From positions 17,856,001-17,920,000 of the forward strand of contig OZ281494.1 in NCBI GenBank assembly GCA_965637545.1: a stretch of DNA of 64,000 nt. Direction: 5' to 3'. Below the pieces are notes generated by a model, which was not told the origin of the DNA, ran no database searches, and worked only from the letters and a program-made list of their open reading frames with translations. A program made the position numbers and the translations under genes. Positions within the stretch are counted from its first letter, which is position 1, and each line of letters starts with the position of its first letter. Below, one piece after another: positions 49,501-63,270 of the stretch. Origin of the DNA: Phallusia mammillata (taxonomy: Eukaryota).

Positions 49501-52500
49501 TTCCAATGTTCACTGTGCTCGTGGTGACACAGCAAATTCCGTGTCGTTTTTAAATCGTAAGCACGAGATGCCTTTGTAAATACGAATCACGTGCTCGCCG
49601 CAGAATGTCGAGTCATGATTTCGTTTCTCTGCAAGGGCTTTTCCCGTTTAAGCAAAAATGTGCCGACTAAAAACCTTTTTTGAAATGTCATTGAAACTTA
49701 TTCCATTTTTTTGCTTTTTCACCGAAAATAAAGGAGTCGAATAAAATAAACACGTGGTGCTTAACATTGTCAATAACTTACACGAGACAGTGTACAGTGT
49801 AAAAATTAACACAATTATGAATGTATAAAAGTATGCAAATAACGCTTTTGGGCAATTTGTTTCGGTACACATACCTATAATTTGTAAATTTACTTTGTAA
49901 GTAAATTCAGCATATATTTACCCACAATTTAAACCGTTCAGCCTTATATGTAAACAACCGCATCAATGCGCATCAACTAGCACCGAATGTCAACACAAGG
50001 CCAACTTTTTCATTTCAAGGTCGCGCCTTTTTGTCTCACCACTAACTGCTAGAAAATTGCTCTTGTATTTTGCATTACCTAGTTAATAGCTATATGTGTT
50101 TATTTTTGTTCTCGCCCGTCCTTGATATTTGTGTATAATTTTGTTTAGACGTGTGGGCGCGGCAAGCACTGCGGTAACAAAGATGAAGCGATATATGTGA
50201 ATGCGACTGGGCTTGGTTTTGTACCACTTTGCTCACTTTAAACACCCTTATTGGTGAACTGCGATTCGCCAAGTGTTTTATATGGTGCTTGTTTACAGTA
50301 AATGTTTTGTGGTCGAAATCCAGGCCGTTTTAATCCCGTCCTTAAACCTAAATCCGGAAGTTTGCGTCCGCTTCGCAGTAATACCGGCGTGGGTTTCTGT
50401 TGAAATTGGCCACGTTAATAGTCACACGTCCCCCGTGAAAACGCTTCAAAGAAAAACCACCAATTACTTTACTAAACTATTCTGATGTGTATATTGTCAA
50501 ATACCATTGCAATTCGTAAAAAATGTATTGCAAAGTGGTAAAACTTATTGCCTTGGGTTTGTTGGTTATTACACTCGCCTGTAGAACAGGTTATCTGAGG
50601 AGGTTTGTATAAGCGCCCACACCATACGTGGCTGTGGCTACTTGTATCGTAATTACCAAACAAGTACAACTTTCCACGTATAAAATCGTCATTACGATCA
50701 GACAATTATTGTATTGACGCACAGACCTTTGCATGACCCATGTGGTCTTAACAGTCAATCAAATGTGTCTTGCAAAATTGCTTGCAAGAGACTAACTTGA
50801 CATAGTTTTGAGCTTGTACATGCAAGGCATTGAACCGCCAACCACCACCTTGGCCCATTGTCCAGTAAACTCAACAATCACAATCTCGTTCCCTATCCCA
50901 CGTAATTGCCTCCGAATGATGGTTACATTGCACAGCTAACCCATATTTTCGTTGTTAGCGATCCTTGAATTACAGGAGTTTGGTTTCGCCGTTTAAGATT
51001 TACAATGTAAATGTCGAACGCCTGTAAACACGCCCATTGTAAGATCACAATCAACATTGTGCGCAGGATGTCATTATCTTAAAATTTCGAAATTGAACGT
51101 GCGCCGGTGTCGTGAGCGATTTTATGCATGTTAAACTTTACATACAATTCAACCAAAACCAATTTTCAAACTGAGTTTCCATATTGCCCACTCATTAACG
51201 ATGGAAACAAAGGCTATTTCCCACCTACACTGGAGATAATGGATCCCGGGCAAAACTTTAATGCGTCATGATTCATTGGTCGTGCTTCCTTGATATATTT
51301 TTGGATTTCTTTTGTCGACTAATAACCGGTAGTTTGTTTTTGCCCTATTGTTTAATGTGTGAAACCAATTGTGTCAATGCTAATTATTCCCCAAACTTTC
51401 CGTACCTGTTACCAAATATAGTTTGATTTTCTATCCTTGGACTTTCTGATATGAGTTTTAAATTTCGAATTAGACAGCATTGTTTGGGCTTATGCCAAAA
51501 AATCGTAAGCTGTAAATATTTTTCTGGTACGGGCTTGTTATGGTCACAAGAGCAGCTTTTCCCCTTCTTGGGAGGACGAACTCGCGTTGCCCGTACCTTG
51601 TACATTTTCACCCGAACGTGCATGAAAACCCACGACCGACTGCAAACTGATGTCACTAACACATCTTGAATTGCTGTTGCAGTTTCCTCAACGACCTGTG
51701 CGACGCAGATGTCCTTATTCACGTTCTTGATGCTTCCGGTTGTACGGACGAGTGTGGAGAGCAGACCGACGCGCACAACCCCTCTGATGACGTCACCTGG
51801 CTGCTGGGGGAAGTCCGGTAAGCGTCCACCTGTCGTGTTTCGCTGTTTTTTCGCTCGGGAATGTCGCAACTTGCGCTTTGATAGTTACGTCAATTCCAAA
51901 TGTCAGCATATGGTGCTGCTGTTTCTGTGACATGTGACAAATGCACATGACGTTTGGGGTTTGCCGAATTGGATTGTTGGTGAGCGTGCGAATTTTATCG
52001 TCACAACTCACAGCATAAGTTGTATGTCTATTTTAAATTAAATATTCATTGTCAACAAGTCCTTTACCGATAAGTATTGTAGCTTAATTTAGTCCAGCAA
52101 AAATAAACGATGTTAAAAGTTTAAAAGCTTTACACGGAACATATCGAAAACATAACTTCGAAAGTTGAAACTGAATATTTAGTCGGACGAAACAACGGCT
52201 CAACCACATCATGTGCGTATTGATGACCGTTAACAGCCCGAACACTTGGGGACACCTAGCGGATAATGCGGATCACGTGCTGGTGGTTTCCCATGCGCGT
52301 GAACAGACAAGCCCTTTCCTCAATATTCGAAACCGAAAAATAGTTCCTCTCATAGCTAGAATTTCCAGGAGCGGTTTCTATGCAACCGTCCCATGACAAT
52401 AAGAAACTGCCATCGATACTTGAACGTGAAACTGCATTGTGTTGTTTTCCTGGTTGGTTTATAATTAAAGCATGTACTTACTTTTAGTGAGTGGATTTAC

Positions 52501-55500
52501 CAAAACGTGCAGCGAAAGTGGGAGATGATTGTGAAACGACCCAAGCGTTTGATGGGAATGTTTACCGGCTACCATTGTTCACCGCAGCTCGTTCAAGCGG
52601 CATTCGCTCGCGCAAACCTGTCAACTAGGTATGTGAATTTATTTGTACACAACAAATAATGTTTTGTTTAGAGATTTATGGGGGCGTGAAATTCCCGTGG
52701 GTAGAAATTCAAACTGTTGCTGTGAAGATCGTGAAAGGAGTTTACCACAAGCTGAGTTTTGTTTATACAGCGTTATTTTTTGACTCGGGTGGATTTTTTA
52801 CCACACAAACGTATACTTAAGACTTCTTTTACCACTTTGTCCCGCCTTCCGCTTTACCATTACGTTTAACTCTCTGCAGTGTATAATATACACAAATTTG
52901 TTGTGTTGTTCAATCAACGATCTGATGCCTGCGAAACCAGTAAAACCCTTTTTCGCCATACAGACATGATTCGAAATGTATGCGTGGAGGTTGATCGGTA
53001 TTTATGAATGTTAATTTCATTATCCTATAAGTATAAAAAGTTGACACATTTATACAAAGTAGTTTGTGTTGAATGGTTATATAGATAATCGGTGGTATAC
53101 TAATATACTTTTTGGAAATTGTAACTAAAAAAAACTGTACCTGAAGTTATCGTTTGTTTTTAGTGGGATCCCTTGTGGTTTTCATTACGAAACGTCCAAT
53201 GCATAAGTTGTCTTCAATTTGTCTGTGCAGCAATTGAGCATTTTGAATGACGCTTGCGTTTTCTGTAAACCATTCGTTGTTTGTTTTTACTGGCAATGCT
53301 TGTAAACAGACACAGGGCGCGAAGCCTTCTTACGGGAATTTCGATCTTCATTTCATTGCCCGGGTTCAAGGAATCGCGACGCTTCGCGGGTTGTGGTTAA
53401 TCGTTCTGTGTTTGCATACAATGGAATGTCAACATCGTTATCCCTAGATGCGGCAGACAGTTGCTGTTGACAAAACATAGGACGAACGTACGTAGGCAAT
53501 CATTTTGCAGACAATGTGAGGCGTTCTTATGTCGCCATGTCTGATATGTGATAAGGAATTGGTTTGTTTGTGTTGGGAATTCTTGAGGGTGTTGAGGTTT
53601 TTTGGACATTATGAACGGCATTCTTTGATTAAGTGTCATTCAACGCTGAGAGTGAGACTAGGTTCTACGTCCTCTCTGTTACGACAGACGTTTTTATTGT
53701 TGTCTGGATAAATCAGTAGCTTACATTTTTGCTTTTAGTTGAAATGGAGAGACAATTATTTTGCATGCGACAATTCAAATTTTTCGTGGCATGTTCTTTT
53801 CTATTTTTATGCAACACAAGTTCGTACTTTAGACGGCTGATTTGTATACCACAGGTTGGAACCAAACCATTTTTATTACTTAACTACAATTTAAAATGGT
53901 TAAACAGAAAAAATGCTCATGTTTAAATTCTACTTGCCATCATTATCAGGAAAATTTTACGTGGATCACGCGACAGGCACGTGTAGTTCGTGGCAACACG
54001 GTCACGTGATGTTCATGTGACCCGTCACACGCTGAGCTTCTGTACAACGTGTATGTAAAGCATGCTTAACGACACCCATACATTTTCATTTGTTAGGCAG
54101 CTATCGGAAAAGGAAATTTGACACCAGCCTCCGCGGGCCTGCATTCAAAAGTTATGCCTGTATTAAAATCTGACCACGCCGCTGCAGAAATTCTCAAAAC
54201 CGGCAATTTTCTGCAGTAGGATTTCCTGCAGGCCTTACGTTAATTCTACTGAAACTCGAAACCGTCCCTGTAGTTTACATATACGATTGGTGCATATGGT
54301 TTCATTTGTTTTTCGGCAGGCAGTTTTTCAGGTTTTGTACAATTGGCCCAAAGTATGAAATCAAATGATTAAAGATTTTGCAACGAAACTGACAATCTTT
54401 TTGGACTTTTAAGTAATTTTACTAAATGGGTATTGCTTTGAATTGCTTGATAACACCGCGATATGTGTGCATCATTCCATTTAAAAACAATCAAGTAATG
54501 TTTGTGTGCAGTACACATTGCACATAAATGCTACATAACCTGTTACCTAATGCTTCCAAGGTAAGTTACGTCATTTAGTCCACGTTGGAAGCGAATTTTT
54601 TTGTTATGTAACAGTCACATGATTTGCCGGAAAAACGCCTTTTCTGCTCATTGGCGACACCACGTGATGAATGATTTGTGTCATTATAAACAACAGGATT
54701 CGGTACGGAGAGTCAAAACAGCAAATGTTCTAATGCTCTCTTTGGCCGAAAATTTTGGTCGGAAAACAGTCACTTTTGTTGTTGGATACCCTTTTAAACA
54801 CTATTTTCGTATGTTAGCTGTGCATGAATATGAAAACTTATTGCTTGGGTCAGTTTGTGTAACTGCTTGGCACAGCACCGAGCATCAAATACAGCTTTGG
54901 TATAGGTACTGTGTACTCTGGTTCTGACTCGGCCCATCCCTGGTATTCAGTGCCCCACTCTGTCTATTGTATTACTTTTACTTGAAATTTTGTTCCGTGG
55001 AACGGATACCGCAATTTTGTTCTAATAACCTTGTTATTTTTGTTCTGGCTCCAACTGTCAAATACACAAAAATATGTATGTAAATCAAGCAAAAAGTAAA
55101 CACACTTGTCGTGTGAAAAATGGTAGTCCCCTGTGCTAATATTGTGGTCTTCGAATTTCCTGGCTACTGAGATGTTTTGCTGCTGTATTTCCCAGGAGAG
55201 TACTTCCTTTGTTTCAGGAATATAGAAGAGACTTTACCAACATGGTCCGATGACGTCCTACGAAGATTAGTCGATTCCTTCGTCGATGTTCGTTTTCCAA
55301 TGTTACTGGTTCTAAACAAGAGTGACGCTTCCAGTTCCCATGCTAATATCGACAGGTAACACGTTTTGTTTACGAAGAACAAACAAATGTTTCCTCTCTC
55401 ATCGGCCTTATCGTTTCGTTGTCATCGTCATTAACACATCCTGTGTAGTTTTTACTAAGAATTAAAATGATAATTTGCGTTGTTATGAAATTGCTTCTTT

Positions 55501-56525
55501 TCATAAAATCACTAAGACGAGAATAAGAGTCACGTTAGCACCTTTACTAAAAAGGTAACACAATGATTTTTAAGGCCACAAAGAATAGTAAAAGCCGATA
55601 ACTGCTAAAATACAATGTCCTGACTACTTCGTAATGTTTTTACACGATTTTATTCGTTTAGATTAGCTTGTGACTTTCCAACGATGCCTCAAATTGCGGT
55701 AAGTGCTAAGGTCGAATGTCTCATCCAGTCTTACGTGTCCGATTCACTCATCCAGCACAATTGGGCTGCAGGAAAACTAGAAAGCACCGGGCTTCCATCA
55801 GATAAATTCTCATCTCTTGAAGAGCAATACAAGGGAATATTTGAAAGGTGACGTCTTGGTTTGTATTTTACACAAAACACACTTGCATGAGGTTTGAGGA
55901 ATGTTGATCTCTGTGCTACAATTTGATAAACTGATTAAGGAGTCGTTTAGTAATATGGCCCTAAAACTAAAAAACTACAGGTATGGAGGCACAAACGTAC
56001 GTCAAGCGTTAAATAAAGCGGTCAGCCTGAGGAATCCATCTTATGTGTTTCCCGTCCGTGACTTGACCACCCTCATGTCACATGACCCGGTGCACAAAGG
56101 TCAGAGTTCAGGGGTCATGAAGGATTGTCTCGTTGTGAAGCCTGGCACTACTGTAAAGCACCTTCACACACTGATGGTTCATCACTATCACTTGCTGAGC
56201 GGCAACTTTGTTCGCGCCGAGGTTAGTTAGTTTATTGCTCTGACTCTTTTTAAATGGTTGTGTTTGTTTCCCATGGTGTTTTATTAAATTGTTAAGATTT
56301 TATGCAACCGGGTTTTATGCTAACCACTGGATAAGATATTGCATATTTAGTGTATGAAAACGTACGGAAGCACATGCTAGAATATAGGAGTGTCAAATTT
56401 GGTAACCGTTTCATTGGTTTGTGTTAAAGGCACTAACGCCGGATGGCAACAGCCGTATCTTACGCAAAGATGACATCATTGAAAACAATTGTGTAATCAA
56501 GATTATGACAACAAAGAAAAGCTGA
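43541..56525 (+). CDS. RWD domain + Obg-family (Ygr210-like) GTPase + TGS fusion protein, about 557 aa, 11 exons
   Basis: Exons 43541-43610, 43780-43973, 44146-44352, 44514-44676, 45169-45271, 51683-51817, 52488-52628, 55218-55355, 55662-55847, 55981-56221, 56430-56525. RWD motifs: EEQKQEFEALSAI, LPDNYPDAIP, ENLGSPSLYTLVE. GTPase motifs: G1 GKPSAGKS, G2 PFTTIEPN, G3 DVAGLVPGASDGKGRGNRFLNDL, G4 NKSD, G5 VSA. TGS-like tail: KPGTTV...FVRAE. Confidence 0.92.
53958..54019. promoter_or_regulatory. Dense bHLH E-box cluster in an intron
   Basis: TACGTG 53958, CACGCG 53967, CACGTG 53978, GTCACGTGAT 54001 and CATGTG 54014 within about 60 bp. Confidence 0.35.
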
Positions 56526-57628
56526 CCTATTGAGCATTCCGTTTAAGAAAACCACCCACGTTACTATTTTAAAAGTGGTATTGGCGAAGGGTAAAAAAGG
56601 TGACAACATTTAAAATCCTTGTTTTCGTGTTGCTACCTCGTATATTTAATGCGAATTATGTAAAACGTGCAATTTTGAAAATCAATTTTACTAAATTTTA
56701 TTTCTTATTTTCTGCGCTAATTTTGTATGTTGCAAATTTTTTGCATGTATTTCACATATCGTATTACTGTGGGTAGAGCTACTAACATAAGAACTCACAT
56801 GAAACAATGAATGATATGAGTCGCAAAAAATTAGTTGCTCCACCGTTCCTGTGACGCATGGTTTCATGACACGTTTCGGTCTAAATTTCAATACTGTATG
56901 TTTTTGTTTCTGAACCAAGAATTTTTCTTATTGTTTCAGTGTACACTAATAATTACCTAATGTCGGAAAATCACTTGACTTCATGTTTCGGCTACCAAAA
57001 TTGAGTTATGTCCATATTTGTACTGTAGATTGTGCATAAAAATATGCGAATAAAGGTGAATTTGTACTCAATGTGCAGAAAAGCATCTCAGATAGAGGTT
57101 ATAACTTTTACGAGCTTCTTATGCAAAAATATCGTGGTGCAAACATAACTTTTTTCAAACAACATTTTGCCTGTTAACGTCTTTACTTTCGTTGTAATGT
57201 TTCGCAGCGACGTTAAACTCAATAAACGTTTTGCTACGAAATAAACTATAGGAGGTGACGTGGCTATGTGAAAATCGACGGCAGATACAGCTCACGATAA
57301 TTAACAGAAAATCACAAATCAATATCAGCTTATACCCGAATGGGATCACGACATTCAAACGTTTTTGTTTAGGATGTATGTGCAAAGGTGCCAATTTACA
57401 CTCCTATTTACTCGTTCAGTTAGCAATGCAAAAACAGCGTGCGATCCCCCTGTAGAAGTGCCCTTATTATTTTTTTAGAATTTCAATGCTTATATTTATC
57501 ATTTAAAATACTTTTTAGACGTTAACAATCAAACTTGGTGAGAAAGGTAATAGTGTGTAATGTTTGTGTGTGGCAGATGGTGTATTTGTGCGTTGTCCAT
57601 CATGCTTGAGTAGAGTGTGACGCCATCA

Positions 57629-58921
57629 CTATTGGCCAACCTTGTACGAGTGACTTTCGGTACCGCCGTGTCCGTACCCTGCAAAAAATTAAGATCCACG
57701 TGATGCACATTTCATTAAAAGTGGTCCAAAAACGGTTGTACTTATTATCCCCCTTTTGTGCAATGCATTTTGGGAAAATTTGACTTAAAACGCATAGGGA
57801 TTAGGCAAAGTTAGAAGTCAAGATAAAGTGGGATAATACTGAATGCAGCAAGTGATTATGAAAAGTGATGTCTGACTTTCTGCCAACTAATATAGTTTGT
57901 TGCCAAACTTAGTTGTTGTCTGTGATAGTTAAATTTGAGATGTCAGGTATAGGTGCTTGCTTACCTTGTGGCCCAAAAAGTGCTGAATAGCAGGGGATGT
58001 CGCAGTAAGGTTTGTTGTTGTGCTGCCAAAAAAACAAATACTGTCTGTTTCCAAAACACACAAGCCATTATAACGAAGATTAAAAAACATTTTACCCTAA
58101 ATCGCCAACCTTCCTATATTTCAATGGATCAATGTGCCGAGGCGTTACGTCAAAAATTAAATAAAATGGTGGATTACTGGCGCCACCTCGTGTTTTAAAC
58201 TAGGTTACTGTTTTAGTTTCCATTATATCAACACTGTTAAAAGCTTGCGGCTTACCACCTCAGTTTAAATTATGGAAGAGCCTTCACTATTACTAGTTGT
58301 AAAATATTCATCAAACGGTAAACCTTTAGTTGCTCGTTTTTTTTCTACCTCTGAATGTCGACCCGGGGTCAGTGTTTTCTTACAATTCTCGCATCGGAGG
58401 CAGGCCTTGTGCCACGTCTTGCCAATTGACTTGATCTTCTCAGCTAAAAGATAAAGCAGAGTTTGTGTTTGCGTTTTAGGCAGTAATGATTTATTTATGA
58501 TTGTAAAGTTGCAACGATGGGCGTTCTTCTTAAGGGTAAGTATGCATTTCCAGCAGAATGAAGAGAAAACCTTTTTATCGTATCAAAGCAGCCGTTAAAC
58601 AATAACGAATTATTTCATTCTCTATGTCAGTCAGTGCAGTTTAAGCAGGTTGCATATATGGTTATGAAACACAAGGACCTAGTTAAAAACATGTCTGTTA
58701 TTTATTTATTTTTTTTGTCATGTATTAACTATTGCGCGAACATCTCACAAAACTTATTACTCCATGCAAACGTTTTTCATTCTGCCATAAATCCACAAGT
58801 CCCCTAGCGCGACTGGTGGCCTTTTGTGGTTTCGTCACTTACTTCGCACAAAGGCAATCCACACTACTTGCTACTCACCAAAATAAACAGTTTTGGTACA
58901 TCCAGCACACTTCTCCGACAT
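57629..58921 (-). CDS. CRIP1: Cysteine-rich intestinal protein 1-like single-LIM protein, 81 aa, 4 exons
   Basis: Exons 58921-58879, 58443-58349, 58022-57965, 57678-57629 give [81 protein letters not shown], with LIM Cys/His spacing and the CRIP FGPxGxGxGGxESH tail. Confidence 0.93.
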
Positions 58922-59749
58922 TTCTGATGATATCAGGGACCGGTGAGGGTATAAGTATAAAACACAGACAAACCGTTAGTTTAAAAGATAAGCCTAAAAA
59001 TTTAGTATTACATCAGTATTAGGTTTGGGCAAAAACAGCTTTAAATTCCCCTAAAATTGCCACTGTAAACCTATTCTTGAGTATGATTCCACTGAGATGA
59101 TTAATATGGAAGTTGGTTTCGGTTTGTGTTACCCTCATTTTACATAGGTTAACAACTGTTTTTAAAATTCAATTTGCACACGTACGTTATAAATATTTTA
59201 GCTTTCAGAAATCTAAACCGCGGCGATCGACCTGGCCTTATCTAAAATTCGTTCGTACACAGCATTCTTCGCAAAAGCGAAACATAGCACACATATTAGC
59301 TTATCCATCGCCCGACCAATGACCCTTCACTGTTTCTTTTGCCGGCCTACGGTTTCCCAATACTCAACACATTCCTCAAGAACCCTCAACTGTCTGTCTT
59401 GATTTATGGCCACGGTTGGTTGCGCGCACGTGACCTACAGTTTCTTACAAGAGCTACTAGCAAAAACAAATGTTTAGTTGATAAAACCGGCCAAACAGTG
59501 CACGCGTCTTGTGGAGATCGTTAAGACCTTTCGTCGCCTGTTGCTCAACTGAATTAACTCGCCAAGCAGATTTGTTGCAAACTGGGTTACTATTGATCGC
59601 AGTTCGACTGCAAGCTTGCTGGTGTACACTGCTTTGCTAATTTGCCGCTAAATTGTGTTTCTACGCTACTAGAACAGCTGCGATTTAACCTCCAATTAAC
59701 CTTTTCTGAAGGCATTCTTTTTGTACATCTGCTGTTAATTTGTCTATAA

Positions 59750-59894
59750 CAGGGGCTGGTAACCTTTTTTTGCACTGCGGACCGTTTTTGAAACTAAAAT
59801 TTTGTCGCGGACCGGTCTTACATGGGCAAAATGTTTTATAGCACTTAAACTGAAAAATTATACGGCCCGGTAACGAACTCCTCGCGGACCGGCG
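59750..59894. mobile_element. hAT MITE with the right TIR deleted
   Basis: Left end CAGGGGCTGGTAACCTTTT; GTCTATAA on both sides (59742-59749, 59895-59902). Confidence 0.55.
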
Positions 59895-62174
59895 GTCTAT
59901 AACATCCCGAAATCGAAAACAAAATGTTTTTAGGGGGATGGCAAGCAGCAATCCCAAACATCTGTGCAAATCGCAATTGATTTGTTACGCTTGTTGCAAT
60001 TGGCCGAGAAACACTATTATTCTTTTTTTGCATATGATAAAGGTCAAATCGGTAAAGACCGACAATATTTCACATTATAATACTTCGCGTAAGAAAGAAG
60101 TAAACTGTCTGCCAAGACTATTATGACTTCTTAAAAAAGGAGAGTTAACACCTTTTTAAAATCATTGGAGCGGCTGTTCACTACATTTTTGGTACAGTAT
60201 GACAAATAAATAGCCTTTCGTTCATTATTGTGTTCCGTAAAAGCACACTTGTCCTGCGCAAACACACACGCATTCCAAACATCAACACAAACATCCCTCG
60301 ACAGCACACTCAATGGGACCTTTATCTTCGAAACAGGCTTGTTGGACTGTCGCCTTCATCTCATCCGACTTTTCTTAGAAAATGACGATTGCAGTTATCG
60401 GACAGAACGATAAGCAACGCAGATCTCTCTGTCAGTTTCGAGTGCTATCTCTTTCGACCCAACCTGATACATTATGCATGGTCATTTTCCTCATAACGGA
60501 ACTGTCCTGGCGCATGTTGTGATTGCCAACACTAATCCCTTCGGCAAACTGACCGTCTTAACAGCGCTGTAAATTAACCTAAACTCGACGCTACTTTCGC
60601 TGGCTTTAGCACCCGCTTTACAAGTGTAGGGGTAATTACCGGCACGTTTTACCCGCTTAGTAACAAAACTAATCAACGTAAGTGGGTCGCTAATTACGAA
60701 AAACTGTTGTGCACCGATGTTGTGGTAAAATTATGTTGACCTACGTTATTTCGACTAATATTTACTGCCACGAAATGTAGTTTTTTTCGAAACGAAGCTG
60801 CTCCTTTGATAACACTTTTCCGAATTGGCTACATATCGTAACTGGTGGAATAGATATGGTTTTTAACTTAAAAAACACCAGATTTGAGACCAACTTTAAA
60901 ATATGCTTTCAATTACTAATGATGTACTTCAAAAACAAGGCTTATTTTTCTTGTTTCTGTTTGCAATGTCTAAATATTTCCAGTGACTTTTCTCAGAAAA
61001 CAAACTAAGTACAGCGTACTGAAACATCTAATCCGTCCAATTCGCTGCATACGAAGCCCTACGTAATGAGAGAGGTAGCTTAACTTGGGTATTTTTAGAT
61101 TCCCTTGTTGGGCCGTGACAACCATATCAGCAAAACTAACAGAAACCAGTCGGCCAGGGGACTGATACAGTTATAGCCATCAATAGAAACCTTATTCGCC
61201 TTTATTCAAGCATAATTTGCGTCACTAAGCGAATTAATTTAAGCTCCGAGGCAACTACAAGTCACTTTCGCCTTTCAAATGCTAATTAGCGGTAGACACT
61301 GAACGCCACACTAGTTGGGATAGAGTTTCATTAAATAATACCCCACAGGGGCCAGAAGACATTGTTTGTTGACCTTAATTCAATGAACTGTTATCCAATA
61401 TATGTTCGTTTTTCGATTGGTTATCTAAATAACTTTAGTTGATTGCCCTTATGTCAATGTCATTTGCTACAAAATAAGGTGCATGTTAACTTGTAAACTG
61501 CCTGTGGTCCTCGTACTACACTTCTCTGCTGTTACAGTTTTCCACTCCGCCACCTATACTCACAAAAGTACACACCAAATGAAATCGGTCCGTTTACACA
61601 AAGCGGGCTTAATCGCACATGAAACTATAATTCCTTGTTAGCAATCCCCAAGGAATGCGATTACCGTACATTAGTGCGGCTAGGAAATACCAATTATATA
61701 CGAAAGCCTAAACAGCTTCTCGATTCAAGGCACCTCAAACGAACACAACAGCCTGAAACGCGCATTGCTTCCATCATTCGTTCATTGTATCCCAACTATT
61801 TGTTGGAATATCCATTAATGTCTTGATGATGTCACGTAACATGATATCAGTCGACGTCAAGCAGAGGTGGCATTGACGTCATCACGCTGCTGCTGTTGAA
61901 GATATTAGAAACGCAAATTAAATTGTAAAGACCATCTCAACATAATAAAGTGCACGCGCTGCCATATCAAACGAAATTGGGTTATAATGGTTGGTTGCAT
62001 CCCTGTGGGGAAACACTCCTGTGAGTGGTGGTGAAGGGCATTGAATAGAATACGTAATAAAGCCTTACCCCTTCTTCGGTGGTGGATAACCGTTTACGCA
62101 AAGCTCTATTTTTATCCTATCGTTTTAATTATTCAAGGTCTTAATGCTCAAATTTGAATTTGAGTGGTATATAC

Positions 62175-62677
62175 TAGTGATGTACCGAATCGGCTAAGTT
62201 TCGATTCGGCCGAAACCGAATATTCGGCGGTTTTGCCGAATAAATTTGGCCGAATCAACCGAATCATTTATGATGTCACGCGAAGTCGTACGCTACGCGT
62301 TTGACACGAAAAAATGTTTATCTACCAAGCAACTAGTGCAGGAAAGTTCTGTTTCGTTCTCATTTCAGTTCTATGGGGTTTAAAAAAGCATGATTGGTAA
62401 CCGACCAATGAATTAATATTTTTTTATTACAGTGGGAAAAACGATAATGTGTTGAAAAAGATAAACCTTGACGCGATTTTCGTTATGTTTGTGCTTTTGA
62501 AAAATTGCGTGGTACCTTAATAATCAGAAAAGACACGTTTAACGCTTTAAATTTGTGTTCGTAAAAGATTCGGTTTCGGTCGAATCGCAACAAATTATTC
62601 GACCGAAACCGAATCTTTGCAAAAATGACCGATTCGGCCGAATAAATTCGGTAAACCGAATATTCGGTACATCTCTA
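62175..62677. mobile_element. hAT (Ac-like) MITE with CCGAAT subterminal repeats
   Basis: TIRs TAGTGATGTACCGAAT / ATTCGGTACATCTCTA; partial TSD GTATA. Confidence 0.8.
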
Positions 62678-62829
62678 GTATACCTACGCGTCATGAGCTT
62701 ATTGTGCATAGTTAAAAAAATCATCGCAACACAATTTCCCTAGAACGGTATAGTAAGAAACAATGGAGCAACAGAAAAGCATGCAAACTTTTTGTTTCAA
62801 GTGCATTTTACATCAGTTTGGTTAAGCGT

Positions 62830-63270
62830 TAGGGTTTCTCTGTTTCCCCGGATTCGGGAAATAAAAAAATATTTTGCGGGAATTCCGGGATCCCGACGAA
62901 ATAATTTGATGATTTTTTTTATGATTATTAAGTCATTGCGATGACTACAACTGGTTTGTATCCGCTACAAACATTTAATTGACACGATTTTGTCCATTAA
63001 GACCCCATTTTAAGTTACGTGAATTTCAAAGTGTAAAATCGTTCTTTCATACCACTAAGTAACATTTTCGCAAAAACAATTTACGATCTGGTTTGAAAAC
63101 GTTTACTTACTTTATTATTGAACTTACAAAGGTATTTGAACATATAAAAGTTGCTTTTGCACAAAATTGTACTGAGAAACATGTTATTGCTTGGACTTTC
63201 TGCAAAGAGAAAAGAAATTTTCCGGGATTCGGAGTAGATAGTTTCGTCGGGAAATTCCTGCAATTTCCTT
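62830..63270. mobile_element. TAGGG-ended MITE relic related to 14118-14488
   Basis: TAGGGTTTCTCTGTTTCCCCGGATTCGGGAAAT...TTCCGGGATCCCGACGAA is a diverged reverse complement of about 14400-14488. Confidence 0.55.

Noticed and set aside
51384-51869. Longest ORF in the track (161 aa, minus strand)
   Set aside because: It is the antisense shadow of GTPase exon 51683-51817.
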